In this document: positions 62,783 through 64,000 of the stretch, one piece after another | Layout of the letters: each line of letters starts with the position of its first letter | Position numbering within the stretch: position 1 is the first letter of the stretch | IMG/VR virus record: IMGVR_UViG_3300010165_000001 | Coordinates: 64,001-128,000 of that record | Source: a virus | Reading direction: 5' to 3' (one strand) | Length of the DNA stretch: 64,000 bases | Program-made: the position numbers and the translations under genes | The notes under the pieces: model-generated | What the model was told of the DNA's origin: nothing | The model's database searches: none | What the model saw: the letters and a program-made list of their open reading frames with translations, nothing else

Positions 62783-64000
62783 ATTAAATCCCCTCTCATC
62801 AGATAAGTTATATGTAATTTCCTATACATTCGTATAGTTTTCTCCTTTTAATATATGTAAAAGAGAATTGATAAAGCTTGAAACAGGGGCAATTCAAGAC
62901 TCGGTATCTCAAGCCATCACTTTATATTCTATGACACTTCTTCTGAATATAAAGCTGTCCGATAGCTTGTATGTAAGAGAGTTATTGTTAGCCAAGGGGA
63001 ACTCTCAAAACCCTCAATCACTTTTCACGAACGGAAAGACTTAATGAAAAGTCTAAATTTCAAATATACCCTTACCTTTAGTTATTGTTTTATACTGGAA
63101 AACAGGGTAAGGACTAAAAAACAGTCATATGTTAAAATGTTTATGTATGGTATGGAGCCCACTATTCATCCATACTAATTATTTAAAGTGGGTTTATAGG
63201 TATATTACTTCGATTTGTCTGTAGAATGAATCTATACAAAAAACAAAGGGAAAGGAGGATTTATATGATTTAAATTTTGATAACTACAATATCTTTTCAT
63301 ATACCTAGGACTTAATATAACAATAAAAAATGTAAGGAATAAAACGAAGGAATTATTGTTATTAGATTACTAATGTAATCAAAGCACCTGTTATAACTCA
63401 TCTCACCGAGAACCTGATTATAAGACCTATTATTAAGTGAATCACTACGCTTGACTCTATTAAGGAGCTACCTTAAGTCCATCTAACGCAATCCAAAAGG
63501 ATAATGTGATACTAACATAATAGTTAGTAACGTTCACATGGTTGAAGAAATAATTTATTTGGTTTCACTTTTATATTTACCAAATATAGTTTTTGAAATG
63601 TAGATTTATGCTACTTGTACTGATAACCTCTATTATCAAACACATTTCTGTGCTCCAACTACAATAAGTCGTTATAGCGTATCTTCATAGGATTCCGCTA
63701 AGACCCTAAGAAGAAGTTAAACTCTAGCTGTTATCATACTCTACAGTCCTTATAATCAAGTACCAAGTATACCAATCGTATTAAACAATACTCATGACGA
63801 CCTACCCTACCGATTGACTAATCCGATAGGTTTTAGTTCGTTTGATTATCTTGTACCTTATGGGTACCAATCCATTATTCAGTCATTATAACAAGTGCTT
63901 TCAATACACTAATATTTATGTATGAACAGAGAGAACTTAATCCCTCTGAACATATAGGGTGGGTATGTGGTTTAAGTAGTGTATCTCAACTACTTAAGTA
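62783..64000. other. ORF-free, GC-enriched, hairpin-dense region; candidate structured RNA(s) or a cis-acting region
   Basis: No ORF of 60 aa or more exists in any frame over 1.2 kb. All three minus-strand frames hit stops within 15 nt of the right edge. Local GC reaches ~45% (for example 62881-62920), against ~30% in the flanks. It holds many short perfect hairpins, listed in the findings. Confidence 0.35.

Noticed and set aside
62783-63100. A fourth group I intron immediately upstream of the 62782 gene
   Set aside because: On the minus strand there is a P9-like hairpin (CTATACGAATGTATAG) and a weak S-like string (GAGATACCGAGTCT). I found no R/P4-P6-type partner elements and no flanking exons. 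The 62782 gene has its own RBS and ATG, and the upstream frames are closed.
62783-64000. tRNA genes in the non-coding region
   Set aside because: I scanned both strands by eye for T-loop (GTTCRANNC) and cloverleaf signatures and found none. The closest hits, GTTCGTTTG at ~63837 and ACGAAC at ~63027, lack A58/T54 and matching acceptor stems. This needs tRNAscan to be certain.
1-64000. Integrase, attachment sites, toxin or defence-island genes, or a reverse transcriptase (DGR/retron)
   Set aside because: No recombinase, RT, toxin-antitoxin or known defence or anti-defence motifs were recognised in any ORF. The layout is that of a strictly lytic myovirus segment.

Overview
The window is AT-rich (roughly 30% GC by eye) and tightly packed. 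Every credible gene lies on the minus strand. The plus-strand ORFs in the track are Ser/Leu/Phe-rich antisense shadows. Gene content and order match, from my memory of phage K and Twort proteins, a Twort-like staphylococcal myovirus (Herelleviridae/Twortvirinae). Reading the minus strand from 64000 down: a 1.2-kb ORF-free, hairpin-dense region; two small genes; holin and endolysin; a secreted transglycosylase; prohead protease, an acidic scaffold-like protein and the major capsid protein; connector genes; tail sheath and tail tube; chaperones and tape measure; two tail cell-wall hydrolases; a 1056-aa hub; a 3-gene accessory cassette; baseplate, fibre and receptor-binding genes; then the replication module. 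That module holds an SF2 helicase, a DnaB-like ATPase, Mre11/Rad50, primase, a resolvase-like nuclease, RNR with two redoxins, an HU-like protein and the start of a PolA gene that the ORF track omits. Main observations: (1) the tail tube gene is split by two ORF-less group I introns around a 46-nt micro-exon; (2) the endolysin gene is split by a 1.29-kb group I intron whose endonuclease gene is broken at an A8 run and separated from its DNA-binding module; (3) a PghP-like poly-gamma-glutamate hydrolase, a subtilisin-like protease with an I9-like prodomain, and a small knob protein sit inside the baseplate module; (4) the RNR radical-generating subunit carries an N-terminal ATP-cone while the catalytic subunit has none; (5) region 62783-64000 is a candidate large structured RNA; (6) the prohead protease C-terminus and capsid N-terminus share a ~30-aa motif. 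All homology statements come from motif reading and memory, not from searches.
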